A stretch of 64,000 nucleotides of DNA, taken from Thermodesulfobacteriota bacterium. GTDB lineage: Bacteria; Desulfobacterota_D; UBA1144; Nemesobacterales; JAJCZQ01. Under the pieces are notes generated by a model. It ran no database searches, was not told the origin of the DNA, and saw nothing but the letters and a program-made list of their open reading frames with translations. The stretch's first letter is position 1. Each line of letters begins with the position of its first letter. This document shows, in pieces, positions 20,991 through 32,120 of this stretch. Location: positions 352,001 through 416,000 of the forward strand of contig OZ244044.1 of the NCBI GenBank assembly GCA_965215275.1, read 5' to 3'. A program made the position numbers and the translations under genes.

Positions 20991-20999
20991 ATCAACGTT

Positions 21000-23900
21000 A
21001 TGAAAAGTTCAAACATAAAAACACGTAGTTCCATTACCCCCCCCCGTGTATACCTGACCTTTCAGCCTGGTATAAGTATTCTGTAAGAACAATGTTTAAG
21101 ATAATCCCCCCCCCCCATCTAAGTCATTACTAACCTTAGTCTTTATTCTACTGAGTATCATGGTCATAGCTGCAAAAGGGCAGAGCAGCCTGGAAGAAAC
21201 ATTATCTGAATGCAGAGATATCAGTGCAGGTCTGGAAGATCCGTTATACGGATGTCAGTGGCATCTGAATAACACTGGACAGTTAAGTATTTCCGGAAAG
21301 AGAATAACAGCAGGAGAAGATATTAACGCAGAGGGAGTATGGAACGAAGAGGTATATGGTACTGGAATTAACGTAGCAGTTGTAAGTAATGGAATAGACC
21401 TTTCACATGAGGACCTTTCTGCTAAGGTCCGTTCGGAACTGAACTACAACTTTTCTGGAAAAGATAATTCAGACAGTTCAGAGTTAAGTGGTACACGAGC
21501 GGCAGGAGTAACGGCAGCGGCTGGATATAACGGACTGGGAACAAGAGGAGTTGCACCTGGTGCGAGTATATACAGTAATAAGTTAACAGGAGATCTCAGG
21601 GAATCAGACGCAATGGAAGCAGGGGAAGCAATGGTGCGTAATAAAGAAATAACTGCAGTATCCGTCAGCGACCGGGGATCTGAGGACGGAGTTTTTCTTC
21701 AGGGTGCTTCGGCTGAGTGGGAAGAGGGAGTGGAAGAGGGTATAAGGGAAGGGTTTTACGGCAGGGGAATATTTTACGTCCTGGGAGCAGGGGACGGACA
21801 TGAGAGCGGAGATCAGGCTAATTTTTCTGAATATTCCAATTACTACGGGGTAACAGCGGTGTGTTCAACGGACGGTTCTGGAAAGAAGAGCTTGTTTTCA
21901 GAAGAGGGAGTGAATCTGTGGGTATGTGCGCCTGGTCCTGATATAGCGACCACTGATAGCGACGACGATCACGCCGTGACGTCCGGAACTGTCCTTTCAG
22001 TTTCACGGGTCGCAGGTGTGGCGGCACTGCTGAGAGAGGTAAACGAAGACCTGAGCTGGAGGGATATAAAGCTTATACTTGCGGGTTCGGCACGGCAGAA
22101 CGACGTTCCTGACATTAGCTGGGAGACTGGAGCGGTAAAATACGGTTCCGACGTGGAAAGATACAGATACAGTTCGAAATACGGTTTTGGCGTGGTGGAC
22201 GCGGAGGCGGCCGCAGAGCTTGCCGGAAGCTGGAAAGGAGTGGGAGAAATGAGGACCGTTACAGCTTCCTCGGATAATGAACTGACGATCCCTGATGGAG
22301 AAGGAGAGGCGGACGGGGTCCTTACCTCCAGACTTATGATTTCGGACCTGGAGGAAATATTTACGGAGTTCGTTGAGGTAGAACTCGTTCTCTCGTGTGA
22401 CTGCCTGCAGGACCTCAATATACGGATAACCTCTCCTTCCGGGACAGTATCGGAACTTGTGCGGGAGTCTGCCAGTGAGTTTGTAAGGGGATCTTCGAAT
22501 GAAGAAAACGACTGCGTCAGTTACCTGGGGAAAAAACATCGTTTCGGTTCGGCAAGACACCTCGGGGAAGACCCTTCCGGAGAATGGACCCTTAAGATAT
22601 ATAATACTGCTTCCGGAGATGAAGAAGATACAGAAAATACCGTTACCCTGCACTCATGGAGCATCAGGGTATACGGGCACGGGAAGGGGGATGTTTTAAC
22701 GGAACCCGGCAGTGAGATCACTGCCAAGGCTTTAACTTTGGGTAATGTTCCTGGTGGTAGGCTGACCTGGACGCAACATAAGCTGGTAAACGCAAGGTTA
22801 TTCGAGGCAGCCGGAGGCAGGCCGCCGTATACTTACAGTTTAGCTCCTTTACCTCCTGGATTGAATTTTAACGGAACCACCAGAATTATAAACGGGAGAC
22901 CGACCGCTGCAGGTGACACCGACGTTCAGTATACGGCAAGAGACGCAAATAACGATACGGCACGGAGTGACTTCGTTATAAGGATAACGGCGAACGCCGC
23001 GCCGGTTTTTGGCAGCAAGACGGTTGCTGCTCAGGTGTACACGGCAAGGAAAGCAATAGAACCATTGGAACTTCCCGAGGCAACGGGAGGGGATAGAACT
23101 TTAACTTACAATATAAGTGGTAACGTCAGGGGTATAGGGTTGAACTTTAACCGTAACACAAGGATACTGAGCGGAACGCCCACCAGTGTTACGCCTGGTA
23201 TTACAGCCGTTTATACCGCCACTGACGCAGATGGAGATACTGCCGAACTGAGGTTCAATATACGGGTAAGACATCTGAACGACATACCGACCTTCGGCAG
23301 CCAGATGGTAGATGATCAGAATTGGGTTAACGGCAGCGCGGTAAGGCTAACGCTGCCTCGCGCAAGAAACGGGAATGGAACGTTAACCTACGGTATAACC
23401 CCTGCTTTGCCTGATGGACTGGACTTTGATCCTGGTACCAGAGTGCTGAGCGGAACACCGACCGCTGCGGCACCTGAGAACACTTACACGTATACGGTAA
23501 CGGACAGTGATAACGATATTCATGAAAGTGATTCTGACAGTCTGACCTTCAGGATCACTGTATCAGCGGACGCAATGCCGACCTTTAGCGGTGAGACGAC
23601 GGATGATAAGGAGTACATAGCAGGAAGTCAGATAACGCCGGTAACGCTGCCCGTGGCAACATCAGGAAATACCCCATTAACTTACGATATAACCCCTGCT
23701 TTACCGGATGGACTGGACTTTGATGAAAACACCCGAGTGCTGAGCGGAACACCGACTGCTGCAGCACCTGAGAATACTTACACGTATACGGTAACGGACA
23801 GAGACGGTGATACTGACAGTTTGACTTTCAGGATCACGGTGTCAGCGGACGCAATGCCGAGTTTTGGCAGTGCGACGATAGAAGACAAGGTGACCGTTAA

Positions 23901-24596
23901 CGGCGTTACGGCAGTAATGGAAACACTGCCTCTTGCAACAGGAGGGAACGGAACGCTGACTTACAGTTTAACTGATGCCGGTTCAAATGCTTTGAATTTA
24001 TTTGCCGGACTGGACTGGGATGACAACACCCGGGTGCTGAGCGGAACACCCAATATCGGTTCAGCGCTGCTTCATCTGCTTCCTCGAACCGAGACTTACA
24101 CGTGGACGGTAACGGACGAAGATGGAGACACGGACGATCTGACGTTCAGTATAATTATAGAAGCAGACAGCGATCCGGATTTTGGCAATGAGATGATAGC
24201 AGATCAGGAGTACATAACAGGAAGTCCAATAACGCCAGTAACCCTGCCTGAGGCAACGGGAGGTAATCCACCGTTAAGATACAGTATAACGCTCGTCTGC
24301 CAGCTGGATTGAGGTTTAACAGTAGCACCCGGGTTATAAGAGGCACGCCCGAGAGCGCGTCACCCGAAACTGATTACACGTACACGGTAACGGACAGCAA
24401 TGAAGACACGAACGATTTGACTTTCAGGCTCAGAGTAGCAGTTCCTTCTGCCAGTGGTTCAGGAGGGGGAGGAGGATGTGCGGTCTCGGATCAGAGCAGC
24501 GTCGTTCCTGATATTTTTGGAGCAGTGGCATGTCTGATACTTATACCCGTGTCAGCAGTGATCAGAAGGAAGAGAAGATCTCATATAAAGACGTAG
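21000..24596 (+). CDS. Copy 1: inactive S8 (kexin-like) + P-domain + Ig-like repeat surface protein with polyGly-Cys C-terminal sorting tail; out of frame at poly-C tracts and at ~24292
   Basis: ORFs 21160..24312 and 24309..24596 join across a 1-nt frameshift. The signal peptide frame begins at the C11 tract (21106-21116); C9 tract at 21037-21045. Motifs DPLY..QWHL, WRD...IL, YGFG.VDA, LPxGL.F...TR.ISGTPT repeats and GGGGGGCAV..RRKRR. Confidence 0.8.
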
Positions 24597-24729
24597 TAAG
24601 GAGGTCTCTTTCCAGAAACATTGAACGGAGTGAAATTTCCCAAATAAATATTCTTCAGAACAGTATGCTTTTTATTTAAGTATATAAGTCCGGTCTTTAT
24701 ATCTGACAGAATATCATCTGCGACCAGTA

Positions 24730-25920
24730 TCAGCGTATCTGATCTTTATCAGGCTGCTTCGGAAGTCCGAAGACAAGCCACAGTACAAGGACGATCAGAG
24801 ATATAACTGACGGATAGGCGGGACCCACGCTGTACAGAAATCCGGAGATCATGCCTCCCAGTGAAGCCCCGAAAAAATTCGCCAGGTTATAAACGCCCGA
24901 AGAGGAACCCCTGTTCCCTGAAGATATCCTCTGGGTTAAGAACGTTGGAAGCAGTGACTGATATATGGTGTGTCCCAGAAAGAACAGCATTCCTGAAACT
25001 ATCAGGATCAGTTTAACCTTGTCGACCGTCAGGTGGGTTACAAGGTATAAGGCCAGGTAAGCCACGAACGACAGGGTCAGAAGGACAAATCCCAGCCCGA
25101 GTGCAGCTCCCATGTTCCCTTTTCTTTCTGAACGTTTTATATATGGATATACAAAAAGTCCGCTGGGCAGCAGGACCAGAAGATAGATGATCCAGAACCT
25201 GTTAACCGGCACCTGAATGTCCTCCCAGCTGAGCGGGTATACGAACAAAAACAGGTTTAAGCAGAACGAGATCACGAACGCACCAATAAGAAGGGATTTT
25301 ATATTACCGTCCGTTACGATGCTCAGCAGGCTCTCTCTTATTTCAAGGTCCCCGTCAGGTTCTATTTTAGGAAAGAACATCAGCGTTATTGCGATCCCGA
25401 ACAGTCCCAGAACCGCCAGGATGTAAAAAAGCGAACTAAAGCCGATCTTATAGGCAAGGAGCGGACCGATGATTATAGATATGACAAAGGCTACACCTAT
25501 GACTATCCCGTTTATGGTAAACGCCTGCGACCTTAACTTCGGTCTGACCAGGTCCCCTAGGGAAGCGATCGCAACGGCCCCTACTGCGCCACTTCCCTGT
25601 AACGCCCTTGCTGCAATAAGTTCATAGACGTTATCGGCCATAGCACACACGAGGCTGCCGAACGAAAAAAGAGCAAGTCCGAAGATCAGGACCCTCTTTC
25701 TGCCGAACTTGTCACTTGCCCATCCGAACGGGACCTGAAGCATGCTCTGCACCAGCGGGTAAATACCAAATGCTATGCTGGCAAGCGTTAAAGTTGCCCC
25801 GGGATACATCTTTGCGTAAATACTGAATACCGGAAGTATTAAAAATATTCCCAGCAATCTCGTGGAAACGATCACGGAAATGGTAAAGGTGGACCTTTTC
25901 TCTTCAGAACTTAACTTCAT
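24730..25920 (-). CDS. MFS transporter (YajR-like)
   Basis: About 12 TM segments; FGWASDKFGRK motif A. Confidence 0.88.
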   Translation of the reverse strand: MKLSSEEKRSTFTISVIVSTRLLGIFLILPVFSIYAKMYPGATLTLASIAFGIYPLVQSMLQVPFGWASDKFGRKRVLIFGLALFSFGSLVCAMADNVYELIAARALQGSGAVGAVAIASLGDLVRPKLRSQAFTINGIVIGVAFVISIIIGPLLAYKIGFSSLFYILAVLGLFGIAITLMFFPKIEPDGDLEIRESLLSIVTDGNIKSLLIGAFVISFCLNLFLFVYPLSWEDIQVPVNRFWIIYLLVLLPSGLFVYPYIKRSERKGNMGAALGLGFVLLTLSFVAYLALYLVTHLTVDKVKLILIVSGMLFFLGHTIYQSLLPTFLTQRISSGNRGSSSGVYNLANFFGASLGGMISGFLYSVGPAYPSVISLIVLVLWLVFGLPKQPDKDQIR

Positions 25921-26053
25921 TATCAAAGCCAATGTGGAAAAATCAGGTTTTTTAGTTTATCATAGTTAAGATCTAATTTTTAATATTTTATTCCGGGGAA
26001 CACCTGTAAGATCCGTTCCGAACATATATAGTTACAGATCTTTAATTATCGCT

Positions 26054-27145
26054 ATGAGACCGACCTGGGCAGAGATCAACTTAAACTCCATTAAAAGGAA
26101 CTTAGGCACGGTAAGGTCGCTGGTCGGAGATACCGTGTCCATCATGGCAGTTGTGAAAGCCGACGCCTACGGCCACGGTGCAGTAAGGACAAGCAAGGCA
26201 CTTACGGGGTCAGGCGCCGATTCACTGGCGGTCGCCACTCTTGAGGAAGGTCTTGAACTGAGAGGAGCAGGAATTAAACACCCCGTGATGATACTCGGGT
26301 CCATACAGGAAAGCGAGGTCCCGTCCATCATAAAGAACGAACTGACCCCCGCCGTTTACAACGTGGAGATCCTGAAAAGCCTCTCTGAAGAGATGGAAAA
26401 AAGCGGTAAATACCTTGATATTCATCTAAGGATGGACACGGGTATGAACCGGCTGGGTATAAGTACCGAAGATATCCCCGGCTTTATAAATGAATACAGA
26501 AAGCACGCTCGTTTGAAGTTAAAGGGGGTTTTTACGCACCTTGCTTCAGCGGACGATACGACAAGCAGCTTTACCGATGAGCAGATAACCGGATTTTACA
26601 GCTCACTGGACCTTATAAGGTCCCTTGACGTAGACCCCGGGTACTTTCATCTGGCCAACAGTGCGGCCATACAGAACTACCCAGGCTCACATGGGAACCT
26701 GGTCAGACCAGGGATCATGCTTTACGGTGCAGGGGAGCAAGGCCGCACCGGGCTCCATCCCGCAATGAAGCTAAAGAGCAGGATCATCCAGCTAAGGAAC
26801 CTCGGCAAGGGAACGCCCGTCAGCTACGGCGGTACCTACGTTACCAAAAGGAAGTCCGTTATAGCTACCGTGCCCATAGGATACGCCGATGGATACTTCA
26901 GAAAACTGTCCAACAGGGCTTACGTGTCCATTAAAGGTGAAAAAGCCAGAGTAGTGGGTAGAGTATGTATGGATTTTATCATGATAGACGTAACGGACCA
27001 CCCGCAGGAGATAAGGACCGGCAACGAGGTCACCCTGTTTGGTGACGGGCTCGTTACGGTAGGTGATATTTCCGCCTGGGCGGAAACCTCGCCTTACGAG
27101 GTTATGGCACTCGTTGGAAAAAGGGTTCAGAGAATATACGTATGA
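26054..27145 (+). CDS. alr: Alanine racemase
   Basis: AVVKADAYGHG, DTGMNRLG, IGYADGY and GRVCMD motifs. Confidence 0.95.
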   Translation: MRPTWAEINLNSIKRNLGTVRSLVGDTVSIMAVVKADAYGHGAVRTSKALTGSGADSLAVATLEEGLELRGAGIKHPVMILGSIQESEVPSIIKNELTPAVYNVEILKSLSEEMEKSGKYLDIHLRMDTGMNRLGISTEDIPGFINEYRKHARLKLKGVFTHLASADDTTSSFTDEQITGFYSSLDLIRSLDVDPGYFHLANSAAIQNYPGSHGNLVRPGIMLYGAGEQGRTGLHPAMKLKSRIIQLRNLGKGTPVSYGGTYVTKRKSVIATVPIGYADGYFRKLSNRAYVSIKGEKARVVGRVCMDFIMIDVTDHPQEIRTGNEVTLFGDGLVTVGDISAWAETSPYEVMALVGKRVQRIYV

Positions 27146-28587
27146 TCACAGACCGCTGCAGTTTAATGTTTTTTCTGATCCTGTTCCTTGGGATTTTCCT
27201 TCCAGACACGGACGCCTTGGCAATAAACCTCGGTCCGCTCTATCATCCCGTGAAGAACTCCAAGTACGAAAAAGAGTTCACGGCACTGGGTCCTTTTATA
27301 ACCTATAAAAGAAGTAAAGAGCACTCGGAGTTCGGTCTCAGACCCCTTTATTACAAAAAAACAGTGAAAAATGAAAAGACCAAAGAGATGGAGTTCCTTT
27401 ACCCCCTGGCGTCGTACAAAAAGGTAAAGGACCGTTCATGGCTGCAGGCCATGCTTTTTTTACTGACCTATGAAACACGGAAGGACGTCTCCGGCTACAA
27501 GAACAGGGAGTTCAACCTGTTCCCTTTTATCTTTTACAATGACGAGAAAGGTCCCGACAACGACCATTTTGCCTTTTTTCCCTTTTACGGAAATATAAAG
27601 AACAAGTTTGCCAAGGACCATATAAAGTTCTTTCTCTTCCCTCTGTACCTCAGGACCGAATCAGATGGAGAGATCACAAAGAGCATGATCTGGCCATTTA
27701 TCAGCGGGTACGAGGGGAAGCACAGCGGAGGCAGGCTCTTTCCCGTCGCCGGAAAAAGAACGAGCGAGAAAAAAGGTATCAACGACAGGTTCCTTCTCTG
27801 GCCGCTTTACGTGGAGAGGGAAAAGGTATCCTATGATGGCAAGAAGTCGTACTTCAAGTCCATCTTTCCCCTGTATTCAAGGTTTCACTCCCACGGGATC
27901 TCGAACACGGGATACGTCTGGCCGTTCATACAGCACACGGTAAATCATAAAAAAGACAGTGAGAGATGGGACGTTCCGTGGCCCTTTGTCAACGTTACAA
28001 AAGGAAAGAGCATCGACCGTGTAAGTATTTTCCCGCTTTACTCCAGATCAAGGAAGAACAAGAACGATGAAAACGGGTATATAATGTTCCCCCTTTACAG
28101 CTACAAGAACGTCACTCTGTCGAGTTACAGAAGGCACAAGAGGTCCTTTCTTCTGTTCTTGTACAAGGACACGAGGGACGAGCCCATAGTAGACGGAGTA
28201 AAGCCCAGAAGAAAGATAGACCTCTGGCCCATCTTTACGTACAGAAAGGACCCCTCAGGACGTGCGAACCTGCACCTGTTCACGATCTTCGAGCCGTTCA
28301 TACATTCAAATGACAGACTTTACAGGAACTACGCACCGCTGTGGAGGATATTCACCTGGGAAAGGTCGCCCGATAACATAGTACGGTCATCGTTCCTGTG
28401 GAACCTTATAAGCGTATACAAGGACGAGAAAACGTTCTCGCTCGATATAAGGCCCATCATGCCGCTGTTCAGCTACTCCAGTGGCACGGTCGGCAGGTCA
28501 TGGAACGTACTGGGAGGATTTATCGGTTACAGTTCAGAAAGCGGAAGAAGGACGGTAAAGTTCCTCTATATACCGATAAGGACCTGA
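27142..28587 (+). CDS. Exported repetitive aromatic-rich hypothetical protein
   Basis: Signal peptide; many (F/L/W)P(F/L)(Y/F) repeats; overlaps the alr stop. Confidence 0.7.
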   Translation: MITDRCSLMFFLILFLGIFLPDTDALAINLGPLYHPVKNSKYEKEFTALGPFITYKRSKEHSEFGLRPLYYKKTVKNEKTKEMEFLYPLASYKKVKDRSWLQAMLFLLTYETRKDVSGYKNREFNLFPFIFYNDEKGPDNDHFAFFPFYGNIKNKFAKDHIKFFLFPLYLRTESDGEITKSMIWPFISGYEGKHSGGRLFPVAGKRTSEKKGINDRFLLWPLYVEREKVSYDGKKSYFKSIFPLYSRFHSHGISNTGYVWPFIQHTVNHKKDSERWDVPWPFVNVTKGKSIDRVSIFPLYSRSRKNKNDENGYIMFPLYSYKNVTLSSYRRHKRSFLLFLYKDTRDEPIVDGVKPRRKIDLWPIFTYRKDPSGRANLHLFTIFEPFIHSNDRLYRNYAPLWRIFTWERSPDNIVRSSFLWNLISVYKDEKTFSLDIRPIMPLFSYSSGTVGRSWNVLGGFIGYSSESGRRTVKFLYIPIRT

Positions 28588-28608
28588 AAATGATATCATC
28601 TTAATACA

Positions 28609-29367
28609 ATGTCGGCATTATTTACAAACGCGGGTGGAATATTAAAACTCCTTTTTCAAAGCATCTACTGGTGCAAGGACATAGGCTGGAACCTGGACAA
28701 GATATTCTATCAGATAAACGAGATCGGCAATAACACCTTTCCCGTTGCGGTGCTGATCGCTTTTTGCAGCGGGGCCGTACTGTCCCTGCAGTCCGGCCCC
28801 ATACTTGCAGGCTTCGGACTGGAGGGGAACCTCGGGATCATCGTCGGTCTGTCAATGGCCAAGGAAATAGGTCCCGTTATGGCCTCGATACTTGTCGCGG
28901 GAAGAGTGGGGTCCTCAATGGCGGCAGAAATAAGCTCAATGAGCGTGTATAACGAGATCGACGCGTTAAAGACGATGAACATCAACCCGGTCCGGTTCCT
29001 GGTAATGCCGAGGTTCCTGGCCACTACCCTTTCTCTGCCGGTACTGGTTATTTTCATGGACGTGATCGGCTGGTTCGGAGGGGCCGTCGTTGCCGCGGTC
29101 AACCAGGAGATAGACCTGTCAATGCAGATATACTTCAGGAACCTTGCAGATTTCGTAACGATCAAGGCAGTGATGAACGGTATGGTCAAGGCACTTGTCT
29201 TTGGTGTGATCATCTCGATCGTACCCTGCTACGTCGGTCTGGGAATAAAAGGCGGACCAAAGGAGATAGGCAGATCGGTAACAAAGGCAGTTGTACTGTC
29301 GTTCGTACTCGTGCTCGTCTCCGACTACTTTATATCAAGAACGCTGCAGATGGTAAACCTTTACTGA
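28609..29367 (+). CDS. mlaE: MlaE-family ABC permease
   Basis: EIGPV..ILVAGRVGS..AAEI..M...EIDAL..M.INP..FLV.PR motif. Confidence 0.88.
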   Translation: MSALFTNAGGILKLLFQSIYWCKDIGWNLDKIFYQINEIGNNTFPVAVLIAFCSGAVLSLQSGPILAGFGLEGNLGIIVGLSMAKEIGPVMASILVAGRVGSSMAAEISSMSVYNEIDALKTMNINPVRFLVMPRFLATTLSLPVLVIFMDVIGWFGGAVVAAVNQEIDLSMQIYFRNLADFVTIKAVMNGMVKALVFGVIISIVPCYVGLGIKGGPKEIGRSVTKAVVLSFVLVLVSDYFISRTLQMVNLY

Positions 29368-29369
29368 TC

Positions 29370-30146
29370 ATGAAAAAGAAAAACTCTATCCTTTCAGATT
29401 TAAGTTATACGAAAAGTAACCCCGTTTCGCTCAAAGTAGCGGGACTTCGCAAGAGCTTTGGCGAAAACGAGGTATTAAAGGGAATAGATTTTCAGGTGGA
29501 ACGGTCGCAGACGCACGTTATTTTAGGTAAAAGCGGTTCTGGCAAGTCGGTATTCCTGAAATGTATCGTCGGACTGGAGGAGCACGACAGCGGAGACGTC
29601 TATATAGACGGCCTTCCCGTCAGTGTTGCCGAGGATATATCGCGGTACAGGATAGGGTTCGTCTTTCAGTCCTCCGCTCTGCTCGGTTCAATGACTGTCG
29701 GTGACAACGTTGGCATTTATCTTAAAGAGCACAGAGTGGTGGATAACGAAGAAGCGTACAGGGACCTTGTCTCCGGTGCTCTTGAACTGGTCGGACTGAA
29801 AGGGAAAGAGGACCTCTACCCTTCGGAGATCAGCGGCGGGATGCAGAAAAGGGTCGCAATTGCAAGATCTATCATAATGAACCCCGATATGATATTCCTT
29901 GATGAACCCACGACGGGTCTCGACCCTTTGATGACGCAGACGATCGGAGACCTTATCCTGATCCTGAAGAACAGGATCAATACCACGCAGATAGTCGTAA
30001 CTCACGATATAGACCTGGGAATTTATATCGCCGACAGGATATCCATTATAAATAATGGTAAAATGATAGATGTGGGACCACCTGAAAATTTAAAAAACAC
30101 GGATAATGAAGAAGTGAAAAACTTTATTTCTGCAAAGTTCAAGTAA
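29370..30146 (+). CDS. mlaF: MlaF-family ABC ATPase
   Basis: GKSGSGKS, ISGGMQKRVAIAR and DEPTTGLDP motifs. Confidence 0.88.
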   Translation: MKKKNSILSDLSYTKSNPVSLKVAGLRKSFGENEVLKGIDFQVERSQTHVILGKSGSGKSVFLKCIVGLEEHDSGDVYIDGLPVSVAEDISRYRIGFVFQSSALLGSMTVGDNVGIYLKEHRVVDNEEAYRDLVSGALELVGLKGKEDLYPSEISGGMQKRVAIARSIIMNPDMIFLDEPTTGLDPLMTQTIGDLILILKNRINTTQIVVTHDIDLGIYIADRISIINNGKMIDVGPPENLKNTDNEEVKNFISAKFK

Positions 30147-30157
30147 AGGAGGCAGTT

Positions 30158-31048
30158 ATGAAAAACGAATACAGAATAGGACTGTTCTTTATGTTCGGGG
30201 TACTGGCACTGGTACTCGTCATGGATTTCCTTGGCGACATACCGTTTAATTCAAATACCAAGAACGTCCATACCTATTTTGACTCGGTGGGTGAGTTAAA
30301 AGAGGGAAATATGGTGAAATTAAAAGGGTTCGTCATAGGCAAGGTCTCGTCCATAGAGCTTGATAACAAAAGACTGAAAGTAACGATGAGCGTACAGAAG
30401 GACGCACCGGTGAAAAACGATTCAACTGCGTCCATTCAGCTCAGCAGCCTGCTTGGAGAAAGCTACATAAACCTGACCTTCGGGTCCGATAGAGAGGTTT
30501 TAAGTAACGGTACCTACCCTCTTCCAAGTACAGACCCCACGGACCTGAACAAGATCCTGACAAAGCTCGACTCCGCGGTCGATTCCATGGACGCTGCACT
30601 TGCAGGACTGAGCACGCTAAGCGACAATAAGGACAGGCTGAACAGTATCTTCACGAACCTTGACACGTTCATGGAGAACCTTGCACTGGGTAAAGGAACC
30701 CTCGGAAAGCTCGTTAACGACGATCAGCTTTATATACAGGTGAGCGAAGCGTCCACGCAGCTGAACGGTATACTTGCAAAGGTCAACGGCGGGCAGGGAA
30801 CCCTCGGAAGGCTCGTTAACGACGATCAGCTTTATATACAGGTGAGCGAAGCATCCACGCATCTGAACGGTATACTTAAAAAGGTCAACAGCGGGCAGGG
30901 AACCCTCGGAAAGCTCGTTAACGACGATTCGCTTTACTATGACGCCAAGAACATGACCCTGAAAATCGAAAAAGGCGTTGATACACTTGAGGACCTTGCA
31001 CCGCTTAACACGATCGGTTCCATGTTCGGGGTATTGACCTTGATGTAA
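30158..31048 (+). CDS. mlaD: MlaD/MCE family protein with helical tandem repeats
   Basis: N-terminal TM, MCE motifs (G..V...G..IG.V, LLGE.YI) and GxGTLGKLVND repeats. Confidence 0.85.
   Translation: MKNEYRIGLFFMFGVLALVLVMDFLGDIPFNSNTKNVHTYFDSVGELKEGNMVKLKGFVIGKVSSIELDNKRLKVTMSVQKDAPVKNDSTASIQLSSLLGESYINLTFGSDREVLSNGTYPLPSTDPTDLNKILTKLDSAVDSMDAALAGLSTLSDNKDRLNSIFTNLDTFMENLALGKGTLGKLVNDDQLYIQVSEASTQLNGILAKVNGGQGTLGRLVNDDQLYIQVSEASTHLNGILKKVNSGQGTLGKLVNDDSLYYDAKNMTLKIEKGVDTLEDLAPLNTIGSMFGVLTLM
30689..30930 (+). repeat. About 2.4 copies of a 102-bp (34-aa) intragenic tandem repeat in mlaD
   Basis: ggaaccctcggaaagctcgttaacgacgat recurs at 102-bp spacing with near-identical DNA. Confidence 0.8.
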
Positions 31049-31086
31049 CAACCCGTTCTCAGGGCATTTAAGGAGAAGAACATTTA

Positions 31087-31536
31087 TTGAGAGCAGTTGT
31101 TCAAAGGGTAAGTTCCGCCAAGGTCGAGGCCGAAAATAAAACTTCAGGCGAAATAGGTCATGGACTACTGATACTTCTGGGAATATCTGGCAGTGACGAC
31201 GAACGGGACGCCACATACCTTGCCGGCAAGATACTGAAGCTGAGGATATTTGACGACGGACGAGGCAGGATGAACTTAAGCGTTCTGGATACTGAAGGAG
31301 ATATACTGCTTGTATCGCAGTTCACGCTCTACGGCGACTGCAGAAAAGGCAGCAGACCTTCCTATGACGAAGCGGCAGACACGGATAAAGCAAGGGAACT
31401 TTATAAGGTATTTCTGAACAAACTAAAAAACAGCGGATTAAAAGTGGAAGAAGGTATTTTCGGTGCTTTTATGAACGTAACACTGTCAAACTCAGGACCA
31501 GTTACTATCCTCGTTGACAGTAAAAAACAGTTCTGA
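31087..31536 (+). CDS. dtd: D-aminoacyl-tRNA deacylase
   Basis: MRAVVQRV, VSQFTL and N.GPVT motifs. Confidence 0.95.
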   Translation: MRAVVQRVSSAKVEAENKTSGEIGHGLLILLGISGSDDERDATYLAGKILKLRIFDDGRGRMNLSVLDTEGDILLVSQFTLYGDCRKGSRPSYDEAADTDKARELYKVFLNKLKNSGLKVEEGIFGAFMNVTLSNSGPVTILVDSKKQF

Positions 31537-31656
31537 TAAACGTACCCACTTACAACGCCACAGGCCGCAAAGACGGACCACGGACCATCCCGGTCCATAG
31601 CCGCTCTTTGCCTAAAACTGCTTGTTTAATCGATCATCGGTATTATATTAAAACAA

Positions 31657-32106
31657 ATGAAGATCGTAAGCAGACATCCCACCGCACACAGGGACTACAT
31701 ATTTGAAGAGAAGTTCGAAGCAGGACTGGTTTTAAAAGGGTCAGAGGTCAAGTCCCTTCGCAGCGGCAGTGCGAGTATAAAAGAGAGTTTCGGATTGATG
31801 CGCGACGGAGAAGTGTTCCTGCTTAACAGCTATATAGCACCTTACACCGCTGCCAACAGGTTCAATCACGAAACAAAAAGAGAGAGGAAACTGCTTTTAA
31901 AAAAAAGAGAGATAAATAAACTTATAGGAAAAATAAACGTTCGCGGTTATACTTTAGTGCCTACGAAGATATATTTTGTTAACGGAAAGGCGAAACTGGA
32001 ACTGGCGCTGGCAAAAGGTAAGAAGAAGCACGATAAACGAGAAGATATAAAGAGAAAAGAAGCAAAACGAGAAATAGAAAAAGCAGTAAAAATAAGCAGA
32101 AAATAG
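31657..32106 (+). CDS. smpB: SsrA-binding protein
   Basis: EAGLVL.GSEVKSLR, RKLLL.K.EI and GKK.HDKRE motifs; adjacent to tmRNA. Confidence 0.95.
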   Translation: MKIVSRHPTAHRDYIFEEKFEAGLVLKGSEVKSLRSGSASIKESFGLMRDGEVFLLNSYIAPYTAANRFNHETKRERKLLLKKREINKLIGKINVRGYTLVPTKIYFVNGKAKLELALAKGKKKHDKREDIKRKEAKREIEKAVKISRK

Positions 32107-32120
32107 ATCTTTGAAAAAAT

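Noticed and set aside
21160..22680. Active serine protease annotation for the S8 proteins
   Set aside because: The Asp, His and Ser of the triad are all substituted in every copy.
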